Below the pieces are notes generated by a model. That model saw nothing but the letters and a program-made list of their open reading frames with translations. It was not told the DNA's origin and did not search any database. The position numbers and the translations under genes are program-made. A stretch of 62,272 bases of DNA, from contig MU626380.1 in NCBI GenBank assembly GCA_025603075.1, positions 1-62,272 on the forward strand, written 5' to 3'. The stretch's first letter is position 1. Each line of letters begins with the position of its first letter. This DNA comes from Neoconidiobolus thromboides FSU 785 (lineage: Eukaryota; Fungi; Entomophthoromycota). Below, in pieces: positions 37,979-51,897 of this stretch.

Positions 37979-40900
37979 TTAATAATAGTAGGTAATTTGT
38001 TGATAAACTCAAAAGTTTTATAAAAATTTTAATTTTGAAAATTCTTTCATGTTTGCTTATATATGCTTTGGTCTAATCTTTGATTTAATAAACAAGAATT
38101 TACTTGAAATAAGTGTTCTAGAGCATTTTGTTTTGTATATTGACTATAAGCTATTTTCAGCCACTCAAATGACTCTAATGACTCTAATGACTGAATGTTC
38201 TTATTTCAACTCAATAAAATTAAGTAAATTTTTCACCTTCTAATTATAGCCTAACCCGACTCCACTCCCCAAAATAGCATTTTCTATATTTGTATTTCAT
38301 CAAGCATTTACTGTATGACTTCTAAATTTATAAAACGCTTTTTTACTTTTTAATTCTAATTAGCATTTGAACTAAAAAATTGATGAAGCAATCACTCTTA
38401 CCCTATCTTTGATTTAAAAGATTATTTGCATATTGCAATTACTAATGTTAACTTCGTTTTTTTAATATTATTACTTTACTGTTTTAAATATAATATAATA
38501 ATGTTTTAAATTAGTTAAGTTTACTCTAATAAGCTCTACTATTAAAAAACATTAACTCAAAACATCTTAAAATATTAATAAAAAAGTGGTGGATAAACTG
38601 TTATTTATCCATTATTTAAAACTTGAAATATAAAAAAATAAGTTTTGATAAATTGTAATTTTGAATTATTATTATATTAAAAAGCAGAGTTTAAACTAGA
38701 GTTTAGGCGATTTTAGAGTATTATTTGATATAAAACAAGACCCTATGATTCAACCTAATAGATAAGATTGTAATTTGTTTGATTTATGTAATATAAAAAA
38801 ACAGCTAATAGTTTCTAATTTTGAATCTTACAAAAAATATTGCCTTTAATGTTTATTTTATAAATTTTTTAATAAAATATTATATTCCTTTAACTAACTA
38901 TAGGTATTTCCCCCATATCTGGTCCAAGTGCAACTTAACATATTTAGTAAATTTTGGAATTTTTTTAAAATTTTGCAATTGACTACGAAAAAAGTAATAT
39001 TATTTAATATGCGAATAAAAGTATTTAATCACGGAAAATACTATTATATTTTAAAAATTTATATGTATGAATCTAGTTTTATATTTGGCTTACCTGCTCA
39101 CTTTTAACATTAGTAATGTTTGTCAACCATTACTGCTTTACAAAACTAGAATGTATTAAAAATTTTGATCAAATCAAAATATGTGGTCCCATTAATACAT
39201 CTATATAGCATTAAATGGTAAGAAGCAAATATCAATGAAAGAATCTAAAATATAAAAGTGAGACCAAAAACATCAAATCCGAAGTGATATCCGATAAAAT
39301 TACAACAATATTCATTTGTTAAAATAAAATCAAACAAGTTTAATTAAAATTTTATCCACCTATGATAATAAAATACATGAGATAGAACGCGCTGTTTTGA
39401 AGAAGATAAATATAATATATAAGCTGAAATTTAAAGGAATATTTTTTTATATTAAAAGTAATTGCTTAAAGAAGACTTTTTATTTTATATATTTTACATA
39501 TAATCAATTTTTTAATTTTGCTTATAAGATTACTAATAAATTTAGATATTTTTATCTAACAATATTGATTTCCCACCCACTTTCCTTCATTTATTTATAT
39601 AGTATAGTATATCTACATTCAGCTAATGGGAGCTATCAAAATAAAGCTATATTCACATTGAATCTAATGAGTTTAAATTATTAAAAAGGTACTAGACCAA
39701 AGTTTACTATAAAATAATTATGTATATGCACTATGATTAAAATAAAATAATAAACAAGGTTAAAAGTATTACAAACTTTAATACTAAATTGAGAACTTAA
39801 AAGTTACCAGTATTTTAATTAGAATATTTTGAAGTTGAGAATAATTAATTATTACTTTAGTGAAAAAAAAGTTGAAATTTGATTCTGTCAAAGTTACTTT
39901 AATGAAACATATAAATACTATAGTTAAAGCATTATAAATAAGTATTCAAATATAATGAATCAGCTATAAAAAAATATAGATTATGATTTTATATTATTAA
40001 ATAGGAATTCAAAAGTATTGAATTCGAAATACAATATTTTTTTAAAAATAACAGCTAAAAAAAGAAATTTAAATTCTTAAAATGTAAAGCTTACTAAAAA
40101 GATATCTTAAAATAAATCATCTTTAGTATAAATTTATATTCTTAAATCATTTTCCACTAATTTTTACATGACTCGAATTATATTCAACTGTCCACAATAA
40201 TATTGAAACCGGTAAAAGGGGCGCAGAATAAAGTGATACTTGCCTATTTATTACATTTATGTTATAATCTTGCTGAATAAGCCATTAATTTTTTTACTTT
40301 TTTAGTCCTTTATGTTATATTTTATTTCGCACTTTTAAAAATATAAAACTTTATGTTAATAGATTATTATTATGCCTTCAACAACTTCCCTGTTATATTG
40401 TATTTAAAAACTACACCTCTAGCTTCATTAGTAATATCTCACATCATATTAAAAGCCTTAAAATAATTATATTAAAATAGTAATGCAGATGAAATAATCA
40501 TAAAAAATTAAGTCTAATATTATTGTTTTTATTAATATTAAAATACTAACCCTAATACTGGCCCTAATCCAATACAATTAAGTAGTCAAAGTTGTAATCA
40601 AAAATGCTAACAAAGTTTCCTGTGGTCAATTTTTCCATTCCATCGCAAGTTTTACTGATGATTCCCCATTAGTAGTAATATTTAAAAAAGTTAATAAAAA
40701 TTAAGTATACAAACCATCTTAATCTTACTAATAGTAAGAATATATTACAAATTTATGTTACTGCATCAAGATTTATTGCGTTTAATAAGAAGCGATTAAG
40801 CAAAATTATAGTAATTGACAATGAAATGATTTTTCATATCACAAAAGTGCATGTCATTAAAGAGAATATAAATCAAACATGAAAACAATAATTTTAAAAA

Positions 40901-43462
40901 TATCAATGTTATAAAAAAACTGAACATATTAAGAATAAAAGAATTTTATAATAACTAAAAATAGCGCTTTTCAAGGGCTAAACATATAAGCCTATTTTTA
41001 AATCAGAATTATTTTTTGTTAAAAATAACTGCTGGGTGCCACGAATTACTATATATATTATTTGAATATAAACTTAAGCCGATAGAAACTAACTTAAAAT
41101 TTCAGCACTGAAGATAAGATCTTCAAATTACTTCTTAGCATTCAATATTCTTTTTTATGTTGTAAAGCATTCAAGTCTTGTTGAAAACAAAAGATTAAAA
41201 AGCCTATTTCTTGGCATTAAAAAATAAATTATTAAGGTCCTAAATATAGAGTAAATTATTTAGAAATAAATTGACTTAACACTATCATATGTAAAATAAA
41301 ATAAAAGTTCAAACTCCTAAAATTTAAGGAAATCAAGATTTCAATATTACCCGTAAGATTTCTTAATTACTTATTTTTAAATCATTAAATTTACAAATTT
41401 ATAAATTGACTTAATCCAATAAATTCAAGATTCTTTTTTAAATAGGTTATCACTTAAATTAAACTAAACTTATATAAGATATTCTTAAATTTGAGAAAGT
41501 TTTATTCCTAGCTAAAACTTATTTTTGCGGAAGAATTGCAATTCATTTGAAAATATTAATAAAAAATATAAATAAACAAGGTACTTAATTAAACATTAAC
41601 TTCTAATAACAGTTATTTCAAAACTCAATAAAATGATATTTAATAGAGTAAATCATCAATATATATATTCTTTAATGTCCATATAATTTTCAATAAATAT
41701 ATAATATTTAATCAGTGGAATTACAAATATAGTGTTTCATTTCAAAATGATATAGCTGTGCTTTAAAGCAAAATGTATTAAAAATCTCTGAATACCTTTT
41801 TAATAAATGTTCAATCCTGAATCAATATTTATTCTTAGACATTCAATTAAGAAATGCCACCAAAATAAAAATAAATATTAATATTTTCGAAGAACAGAGG
41901 GAATCATATGGTTCGATCATATTAATTTGATAAACTCACATATTGACTATTTGTGTTGGATGTACGAAACATACAGACATAATGAGAAAGCAAGTTACTA
42001 AAAATTGAAATATGCTAAATATGAAGGCTTAATGGGATCTTAAATTTAAATAATATATCAACTAATGTATTGTTCAAATAATTCATCTATTAGTTGGAAC
42101 AACAGTTACTCTTTTGATTAGATACACAAGATTATTGCAAATATGTTCTAACGTTTTTATATATAATAAACTGAAGGGAAGAAGGGATGTTTAATTCCTA
42201 AAGTACTAAATAAATCTAGAGCTTAGACTGCCTAATTTGTAAACTAACATTTTACTGTTTTATATAAAACCCGAGGAGCTCATAATACAAAAATTATATA
42301 AGCTTATCAAATACCCTAGAATTACTTATACTTTGATTTAAAAAATAAATGATTTTTTTTGATTTGGTAGCTTTTGTTTTTTTTAAACCACAAACAACCT
42401 CGTATTATACTTCTAATTTTTCAAAGTTAGGACTCTGGGTAGTTCAATTTTTATAACAGTATTCACCACGGTTAGCTTACTATTATATTCTTCTACTTAA
42501 CTTTAAAATCACGATGTCTGCTTTTCCATTTGCTATTATTCTTTAATAAATAATCTTCACCTATTTTATTATATCTATTCGTTTACCTTCAAGTTAGTTT
42601 TTAAAAACTGCATTTTGCATTTTAGAATTTTAACTTAATTTGGAAATAGCATCGTATTTGTTCAAAAGCTATAGAAATTGGAATTGACTTTTGTGGAAAT
42701 TAAAAAGATACTATATTATATTGTGTATCTTCTTAAAATGACAAGTGCCCCTTGTTTTATATAATCTATTTTATTTCATTTCATATACTATAGTGAATGT
42801 TAGAAAACTATTAGCATATTTTAAAATAAAGATAGATGAGTAAATCTTAGGAGATTGTAAACCCGTGAAAAATTCAAAATTTAAACAAGAAATGTTACTT
42901 CTGAATATGGTAAAAATAACAGGGATGTACAAGGATATTTGTACAACTAACTTGAGAATTAGATCTTCTAAAGTAATTCGTATTTTGATTTTTTCAATTT
43001 GAGCTATTGATTTTATCACAATAAAAATGGAATAAAAAAGTACCAGATCTCTTACATCGCTTTAAATCTGAAAATTTGTAGCTCCATACTAGTTTGTTTT
43101 AAGTGATATTGGTAATGTTATAAACTATTCATATACAATAGTTGTAGCTTATGTAAGCTGCTTCCATAATCTAACTTTTAAGCCGTTTTCCTAAAGCTGT
43201 ATAAATTAGAGTTTATTGGTTTTTTTAATACAAGTGGCTTTAAAAATAAAGAACGTTGTACTCAAATAGCTATATTACTTCAAAAAATAATAAACTTAAA
43301 CCACTCTTAATACTTGTTAATTGAAAGAATTTTATTATAATAACATAATGTTGTGCCACATCTTTTTTAAGATAATTACTATAATATTTAATAGACACGG
43401 AAAACATGGGTTTTAGTTGCTACTTTCGAATGTGTATATGACATTTAATAAAAATAAGATTT

Positions 43463-43558
43463 GGGGATGTATTTTTTTGTTTAAGAACTTTACTAATAAT
43501 TTTTCCGCTCAAATAGCCCTTAAAAAATAGAAAAATGAAACCAAAAAAAAGCATCCCT
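43463..43558 (+). mobile_element. MITE family A copy 10
   Basis: GGGGATG...CATCCCT, ATTT on both sides. Confidence 0.85.
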
Positions 43559-43749
43559 ATTTATGTTTTAATTTTTCATACAAATTAGATTATAATTGAT
43601 AATCAAAATAAGTATATTATCTTCTATAATAAAAAATAATTACAATTATTACCACTTAAATCATTGTATTAACCTTTAGGTTTATTGTTCAAATAAGATA
43701 TACTAGTGACAAAATAAAGAAGTAAAAAAAGTAGTAGTAAAAAGTATAT

Positions 43750-43847
43750 GGGGATGCTTTTTTTGATTTCATTATTTTTACATCTTTTAAGCGTTATTTA
43801 AGTGGAAAAATTGCTGGTAAAATTTTTGAATACAAAAATACATCCCC
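43750..43847 (-). mobile_element. MITE family A copy 11
   Basis: Both TIRs intact, 98 bp, ATAT on both sides. Confidence 0.9.
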
Positions 43848-44052
43848 ATATTATGGATTAAAAGTTGAAATTTAATAAATGAGCTCAATGCTAATCCTAA
43901 AATCAATTTTAATTTTAATATCAGACTAATTTGTAGCAATATCAATATTTAATGTTTCTGTGATATATTATTGTAATTCTTTATAATGAATTAATATAAA
44001 AAATAAACATTGTCACACAACTGTATATTAGATGTGACTATCCAAATCAAAT

Positions 44053-44144
44053 GGGGTGCTTTTTTTGACTTCACCACTTTTTTCATCTTTTAAGCACCAT
44101 TTGAGCGGAAACATGGTTGGTAAAATCCTTAAAAACACATTCCC
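44053..44144 (-). mobile_element. MITE family A copy 12
   Basis: Reverse match with small deletions, AAAT on both sides. Confidence 0.8.
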
Positions 44145-44709
44145 AAATAGTATTTTCTTAACTTGAAATTTTAAAACAATTTAGCTTACAATATAATCAA
44201 TATGGTGATATTACATTATGTTTTATAGGATAATAAGCCACATCAAAGCTCAATGACCATGTCCTTGTTTGGAAATTATATTATCATTTTGTTCACTTAT
44301 CAGTGGACAATACAAAATTATACGATGCTTAAATATGTTTAGACTTATATTGACGCTTTTTGGGATGGCTTAAATAGGTAATTAGATGTTCTTTTTAGGG
44401 TAGAGGGAGTGATAATTTTAATAAACATAGCTTAAAGTTGATTTTGATTTATTTTTTAATTGTCAAGAAAAAAGGATTATATCATAATAATGTTTTGTCA
44501 GCAAGCTATTAAGTTTCTTATTAATGATTCGGTGTGTAGTAGATAACACTTAAAATACGATGCAAGTAGTATCTGTCCATGGCCTAAAATAATTTCTAAA
44601 CAGGCGTTTATAGTTCATGCTAGCTAAAAACAATAATTTAATTTTTTAATAAAAACGGTAACAATGGTTATTATTTTTTATTTATACTATTTTGAAAAAA
44701 TATGCATAT

Positions 44710-44802
44710 GAAGATGTTTTTTTTGGTTTCATCACTTTATTCATTTTCTAAGCACTGTTTGAGTGAAAAGATTGTTAGTAAATTCTTAAAAAATACATCC
44801 CT
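44710..44802 (-). mobile_element. MITE family A copy 13
   Basis: GAAGATG...CATCCCT, ATAT on both sides. Confidence 0.8.
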
Positions 44803-46908
44803 ATATTTTAAGTTAAGTTCATCTTTGATGTATAAAAAATACCAGTTTATTATGAAGCTAATTTTCAAGCTAAACATCCCTCTTTTATAGAAGTTTTGAT
44901 TGATATACATGTTACTCATTACAAATTAATATTCTTGTTGATGGTTCTCTCATTTTCGCCTTTTTATTGTTAAAAATGGTTACACCGTTCCAGTCACATT
45001 ACTACCTTAGAAAAGTAATTGCTTTAAGATCATGATTTGTAATTAAAGTTATAGTTTATGATCAAAGTTTGTTTGTTAAAGCGTGCTATATAGTAAGCGT
45101 TATTTTTTTACTTTATTATAATCTCTTAAAAAGTTAAAAAATAACCTAATAATAAAATACAATTATTGCAGATTTATTTTAACCCAGTTTGCGATAATTT
45201 TTAAATTAGTATTTTTTAGGGTTTTTAATGTTTAATCCCCTTTTTATTTTAATTTTAACTAAATTATACTTTTAAATGAACAGTTAAATAGGCTGCAACA
45301 AATCTGCAGTGGTTATATTATACAAATTACTAACCTTAAAACTTGTTTTTTCAGATCAGTAGGATTACTTAAGGTTAAAGTAAACGGAATTAGGCTAAAC
45401 CACGAATATGGAAGCAAAACTCTCATTATTTAACCAAAATTACAACTTTAAAAAAATTTTATATAACTATTTATTTCAATATCCCAACACATATTTGAAT
45501 AAACATCATGTCCTAAACTGCAATATTAAATCTAACTCCTTTTTCTGAACAAAGTTGCCACATTTTGGTTTCTTTTCTAGCTTTTTGGCTGTGAAGGGCC
45601 CAACCGCAAGTAAGATTGACTTTATTATTTTTAGTGCTTATTATCTAAAACAAAACAATATAGCTGCTTGGGTCTAACTTTTTTGCAATCACTACTTCCT
45701 TTAAGTTTTAAAAATATAATAATATAAATTTGGTATTCTAAGATGAGATTTTTTAGATTAGAGTTACAAAATAGCTGAGACTTCAAATGTGAAACAATTT
45801 TTATTCAAATAATTTTCTTAGTCATATAATTTTAAAATCCCTAAACGATGTCTATAATTTGAGACCATATCTTAAAACTTAAAAGATTATAGATAAGCGG
45901 TCAAACTTAAATTTCTAATTTTCAAGTATTTTTTAAAATTCCAAATGATAAGTTTGCTTTACGTAAGCTTTTATCGAAATAACAAGCTTTAGCTAGTCTA
46001 TTTAAAAGTATTAATTGATCACACTCTTATATTGAGATTATTGCTAATTAAACATAAGTTTTAATAAGTTTTATTTTTAAATTATCTATCTATTTGGCCA
46101 TATAATATCTTTTTTGAAGAAATTTCGCTTATTTAATATCCACAATAGTCTAACTATCTAAAACTAAATAAAATAAAACTTCGTATTTTAAAATAATCTT
46201 ATCCTAGAATTGAAAAATTGAAAATTATAAAGCTTAGTTGCTTAAGTTAGAATCGAACTTTTAATTTGCCCTAGCCCAGTTTTCAACAAAGTTAAAAATG
46301 ATTGGTTTTTGCTAAAAATTTAAACTCAGCTTTTAAGATTTGATGGTCATTTCTAGATCATCTCTAATTTATAAATTTTTCTCAATCTTAGCAACTTATG
46401 AATAGGACCAAGGTTGACTATCAGCCATAAAATGAAAGGTAGAGGATAAGTAAGGCAGGGCATAAGTACACCTAGATATATCTCTTAAACAGGATTCGAT
46501 ACATTTAAACAGATGACTTTTTGAAAATAAAAGAAACATCATTGTCTAAGTTTTAGTTTTAGTTTAAACTATACTTGCATTATTTGTGGGGAAAGGGCTC
46601 AAACTTAATAAATTTTACTTTTTATGTATTCTATTAATAATATTAAACAACATTAAAAAGTGCATTACTATTAATAGAAACCCCTTATTGTCATTATAGG
46701 ATATATGAAAAATTAAAATTTTAGGATAATAACTTTATTTACAAAGCATTTAATATAGCATTTATTACGATAATTTAATAAAAGATAAAAGTACAAATTA
46801 AATTATTAATTACAATTCTTCAAGCTAAGATGAAAGAGTATCTATGACTTAAATAACAACGAGCAATAAGGATCAAGCGAGGAGGGACTTTTAACACAAA
46901 AATTCAAA

Positions 46909-47856
46909 TTAGTTTGATAAATGTCCTTGGGGTTGAGCCCATTTAGGTAATTTATCTTTTTTACATCTCCTTGAAGATAAATGACGAAGATAAATATCTT
47001 TTCTTGAAAACCCTTTATCGCAAGCGGTACAAAAGAAAGGTTTGATACCGAGATGAAGTTTTTCATGACGAGCTAAAGAATTTTTTCTATAAAATGGCTG
47101 CTTGCAATAACGGCAAGGTAATACAGCTACGTTTTCCCCAATGGGTATAATAGTTTGTTTAACTCTTGGCTTATTAATTCCCATAGGACATTCCACTTTT
47201 GGAGTACCATAATAAAAGTTACCGTTAGCTAAAATTCCTTCCTTCTTGACTATTTTTTCTTCATTGATTTCTTCTTTTTTAACTCTATGATCAATGCTAA
47301 TATTAGATTCCCCAAAGACAAAACTGCTATTTGATTGGATATCCATTGGAGTAAGGTTTGAGGATGCATAGTATGAATTTGGATAATTGGTATACATTTC
47401 ACTTACATTGACATTGTGATTTTGATAATTGACTTCAAAGTTACCATTTGAATAACTGAAGTTAGGATCTGGATGAGAGTAACGTCTATTAGAGTGATAA
47501 GATTGATGTTGAATAGCTTGAGGAGTTTGTTGAGAAAAGGAACGTTGATTCATAGGACTACAAGATTTGTAATTAGAATAATTATAATGTTGTTGATTGT
47601 AATAGCCACTAATATCGTTTGGAGAAATAGGTAAACTAGAGAAGCCAGAAGTACAAGCAATTTCTTCTGTATTGCAATAATACATACTTTGGTAATTAGA
47701 TGGAGTATGGCTCATAGTAGAATGAACCATTCCTTGAGTCCAGCTAGGATTGGTATACATGACTTCCAGACTTGGTTGAGGTTGAGGGTAATCCATGTAT
47801 GTCCATGAGTTACTGTTTTCGATAGGTATACTTTGATTCATATCCATTGATAGCAT
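46909..47856 (-). CDS. Zinc-finger transcription factor 2 (paralog of factor 1), intronless, 315 aa
   Basis: CRYC...FYRKNSLARHEKLH-LGIKPFF-CTAC...FSRKDIYLRHLSSRRC. Confidence 0.92.
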   Translation of the reverse strand: MLSMDMNQSIPIENSNSWTYMDYPQPQPSLEVMYTNPSWTQGMVHSTMSHTPSNYQSMYYCNTEEIACTSGFSSLPISPNDISGYYNQQHYNYSNYKSCSPMNQRSFSQQTPQAIQHQSYHSNRRYSHPDPNFSYSNGNFEVNYQNHNVNVSEMYTNYPNSYYASSNLTPMDIQSNSSFVFGESNISIDHRVKKEEINEEKIVKKEGILANGNFYYGTPKVECPMGINKPRVKQTIIPIGENVAVLPCRYCKQPFYRKNSLARHEKLHLGIKPFFCTACDKGFSRKDIYLRHLSSRRCKKDKLPKWAQPQGHLSN

Positions 47857-50800
47857 GAATGTAGATTTAATTTAGTAGTTAATATTTAGACAAAAGTTCT
47901 TAAAAAATTGAATTTCGATCGGTAGGGTATTTATAGTTTTGAAACTTTTTGAGTTTTGATTTTTTATTCTAGATTTTTTACAACTATTTTTTAAAGTAAA
48001 ACATGAGTGACCCAGATCAAAAAAAATTAGCTCCATCCAGAAAATATATTCCTTTAAACAGTACAAATTTGTTGATAATCAAATTTAGTATCATTTATAA
48101 TAAATTTGATCAGACCAAATGACTAGAATAGTGAATTATTCACCAATAGACTCAAATAATTGCACTGGTTTTTATATAATGTTAAATCTAATTTGCCAAG
48201 ATATGGGCTAAATATAGATTCTTAACATAATTTCTCAGCTTTTATCGTTTTATGCAACTTAAGTTTATCATTTTTTGCGCTCCCTGCTTATCTAAGATTT
48301 AATATAAGAGTTAGGCTAAATTATATTAAGCCTAACATTAAATTATGCAATGAATCTAATTTGGTAATCTTAACCCGAAACCTTTCAATTTATAGATTTT
48401 TTTTCAAGTTCAAGTTATTACTTTTAATCATGTTTAGTAATTTATTAAACACTGGAATTTCATAACTAATTATAGTTCGCTCCAGGTACTATAACTTGTA
48501 TTAAATAAAATAACTTGTGCTATTCGTATTAATCATATATAAAAGCAATGACTTTTTATTCATTGTATTGGAGAGTAGGTTTTATAGTAGTCAAATATTT
48601 TTTCTATCTAATTCATACACCCTAGTAAATGATTTATGTAATTAAAGTATACACCGTCTCATGTTATTTTTAGATTTTGAAATGGTAGAAAGGAGTAATT
48701 TGACAGCCAATATGTTTTATAACTATTTTTTGTATAAAAATAATGCCTCTAGCTAATAATAGGAATCAAATACAATATGATATAAAAGAAGAGAGGAGGA
48801 GAAAAGCTTAAGTATGTAATTAAAAAAATATTTATTTAGATAATGTATAATTTATTTTTTATCTTTTTATTAAGGTACATTTTAGTGGTTTAGTTTAATG
48901 AAGAGAATCGAATAAATTCTATTGTTACCATAGGTTTGTATAGCTTATAAATTTCTATAAGAACAAAACGGATTTTGTTAAGTAAAAGCGCAATGCTTAG
49001 ATAATGTTATTGATCGAAAATTATAGAAAGTTTTATTTTGCAAAATAATAATAAACAAAGGGGTGAATAAAAGCGACAATGTCTTAATTTGTCCAATTGC
49101 TTGGAATAAGCGCTTCTTTAAAAAAAAATATTTTCTATTTAAATTGAAATAACCCACTTTAGTCAATATCGCAATACTAAAAATAGTTAATAAGTCTGAT
49201 GGCAAAGTTTAAAACCATCCAGACCAATTTTAAAAATTTTGTTATTTTTAATGTAGTTCTAGACTGCAAGTCTAGTCTTGATTTAATATAATAAAAGTAT
49301 AAAAAAGATAGTAAAAAATAGAATGATTAAATATGGTTATAATAGTAGAGGTTCGATCATTATACCATCATATATTATGAAGGGACATTGAGTTTGAAAA
49401 AACTAATATGGTATAGTTTTTAATTTGAAAACATATGGGCACACGTAGTAAAGTGAATACAAAGTGAGGATTTAATTAAAACCTAACTTAAAAGCTACAA
49501 ATCCATAGTTTGTAAATCTAATACATGTAAATTTATTATAATAGTATTATAATAAAATATGAATAATGTTGACTACTACATCGACTTTATAATAAGTTTA
49601 AAAAATAAAACCATAGTTTTATAATTTAAAAAGTCAATTCCGAGGATTATGTAATCCAACTTGGGATCATTTGATTTCAAACTCTAGACAACTGTTTAAA
49701 TTTATGACTTTGAACCTTACACAATAGAAAATGAATACAAGTTTCATTTTTGAAAGGCAACATCAAGATAAATTTACTAGGATTAGCAAGTAATTAATGA
49801 TAGAATCCTATAAATAAGCGTTGAATTTCATTTTGGAGGTAGTTTATAAATTGTAAACTTTACCATTATATATGTAGTTTCAAAATAATTTATAATATTA
49901 AATTTCTAAAATTATAAAATAGATTTATAGATAAAGATAAAGCTAGCCCTAACTTATTTTGTCAATAATATTAATAATTTTTATTATTACTATCTGATCC
50001 CTTATCCTTGCATGACTAATTGAATAAATATTTACTAAGTCATATATTAAAAATATGAAAGTTCGGTTATCCCTTTTCTGAGCTATTTCTTATAATTTTA
50101 AAATTAAACTAGGACTCTCCCTTGGTCCAAAAATTATTTCCCCAACACCCTTTTTTTAAGAACGTCATTCCCTAATATTTAATAAATTACGTTTTTAATG
50201 CGTTTACTTGACAAATTATAAAGACTCTATCCCAGCTCCCTAATCTTCTTGTTCTTGACAGAGTTATCCAGAAGATAGTGGCCAAACTCAAGTTCTTTTC
50301 CAAGGATAAGTCACTTTTTGATTTTTCTATATTGCAGCGACTTTCGTTATTTTTATTAAAATGAAAAACATTATCAAGTAAATTCAAATGATAAGTCATA
50401 AAAAGTAAAGTTTGAGGGCTTTAGTAAAATAGGGGTTGAGAAAGTTAAGAATGGGTTGTATGATAGTGTAAGTTTCATTAGAGTCACATCGTTTTAGTGC
50501 AACTTTCATTTATTTATAGTGAATGAAAATACAAAAAGCTTTTTGTCCTTTAAAATTTTAAAATAAGTGGGACCTGTTTCCTTAAAGATTTAATTAATAT
50601 TTTTTTAATTTTAATGTAACATAAAAAGTAGACAAAATTCAACGATCAGTTATCCCCCCTTTTAATGCCTTTCAAGGCTGTCTTATATTTATGTTTTAAC
50701 TTCATAGTTACTTACTTAAATGCTTCTTCTTTTTCTCTTTTGGCCTCTTCTTTTATTCCTTTATTGCTTCAGTTTTACATCTTTTTGAAAGGTTAAAGGT

Positions 50801-50972
50801 TGTCCTTTTTGGATAAGGACTAAAAAGTTTAAAAAAATGAGAAATGCTTTTCAATAATATTTATTTGATGATAAAATATATATTATTATTTAATTAGCTA
50901 AGTGTTATAAAAATTATTACAGATTTAAAACAATATTTATTCAACACTTAATTTAAATAATAAATACAATAT

Positions 50973-51074
50973 GGGGGGGGGGTGTATTTTTGTTCAAGAA
51001 CCCTATTAACAATTTTTCCGCTCAAATAGTGCTTAAAAGATGTAAAAAGCAATGAAACCAAAAAAATCATCCCC
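50973..51074 (+). mobile_element. MITE family A copy 14 (left G-run expanded to G10)
   Basis: G10-TGTATTTT...CATCCCC, ATAT on both sides. Confidence 0.88.
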
Positions 51075-51897
51075 ATATCGATTTAACACTTTTTAAATAA
51101 GTGTCTTCATCATTTAATTGAAAAACATTCTATTTTCAAATACTTTGAGATTCTTTTACCACTATACACATAATGTCATACGATTTATTATATTTTAAAA
51201 AAGCTCATAAACTTTAAAACCAAAATAAACTAATTTATACCTTAGTAAGCTTCAAGCTATAATATTTTCATTGTTATGCTTTTTTAAATGCATTTATCTT
51301 GATAAAATAAGCAACGGCTTTACTCTAAAAAACGCATTAACGAAATTGTTATAAATTAGTAATTTACAAATATTGAAATTAGCAAAATAAAAGAATCACT
51401 CCATTGCCAGTTACGTAGCTAAAACATAAATATCTTCTAATTTAACCAATGCTTTTTGTTCAGGGAATGAGTAGGTATACAAAATGGGCGATCAGTTGTG
51501 CTAAAACTAATTTGATAGAAAGTCCTACAAGGAATTGAAACACTGAAGCTATGAGAGGCGTATTACTATATTTGAGGCATCTGATTACAGGCTGTTCTAG
51601 TTGTTTTTATTTACAGTTTATTATAACAAAGGAAGCCCTATCCAAGATTCATAGTTCAAAAAAAGTAAAAGAGCCTCTCCAATTCACTAGAATTAATTTG
51701 TGTCAATGATCTATTTTCAAAACATTCGCAAATTTTTAATTTTATGCAAAACTTAGTCACATTTCAACAATTTCAATAATTTCAACAATTGGCTAAAATT
51801 ATCCATTCTTGTATTTTTTTAGATTTTAAATTTTGAATCAGTAATAATACATCTTATTGCGATTAAAACGACATATCAAGTGGACAACATTTCAACT

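Noticed and set aside
43750-43756. MITE GGGGATG termini as binding sites for the two local zinc-finger factors
   Set aside because: The predicted GNG-GNG site does not match GGGGATG in any register.
44559-44580. GTAGTATCTGT matching the U2 snRNA branch-recognition region
   Set aside because: It is only an 11-nt match. The conserved U2 5' stem and an Sm site are absent, so it is probably chance.
46245-46262. B-box/T-loop-like strings (GAATCGAAC here; GGTTCGATC at 41910 and 49350)
   Set aside because: There is no T-stem pairing, A-box or cloverleaf, so no tRNA is supported.
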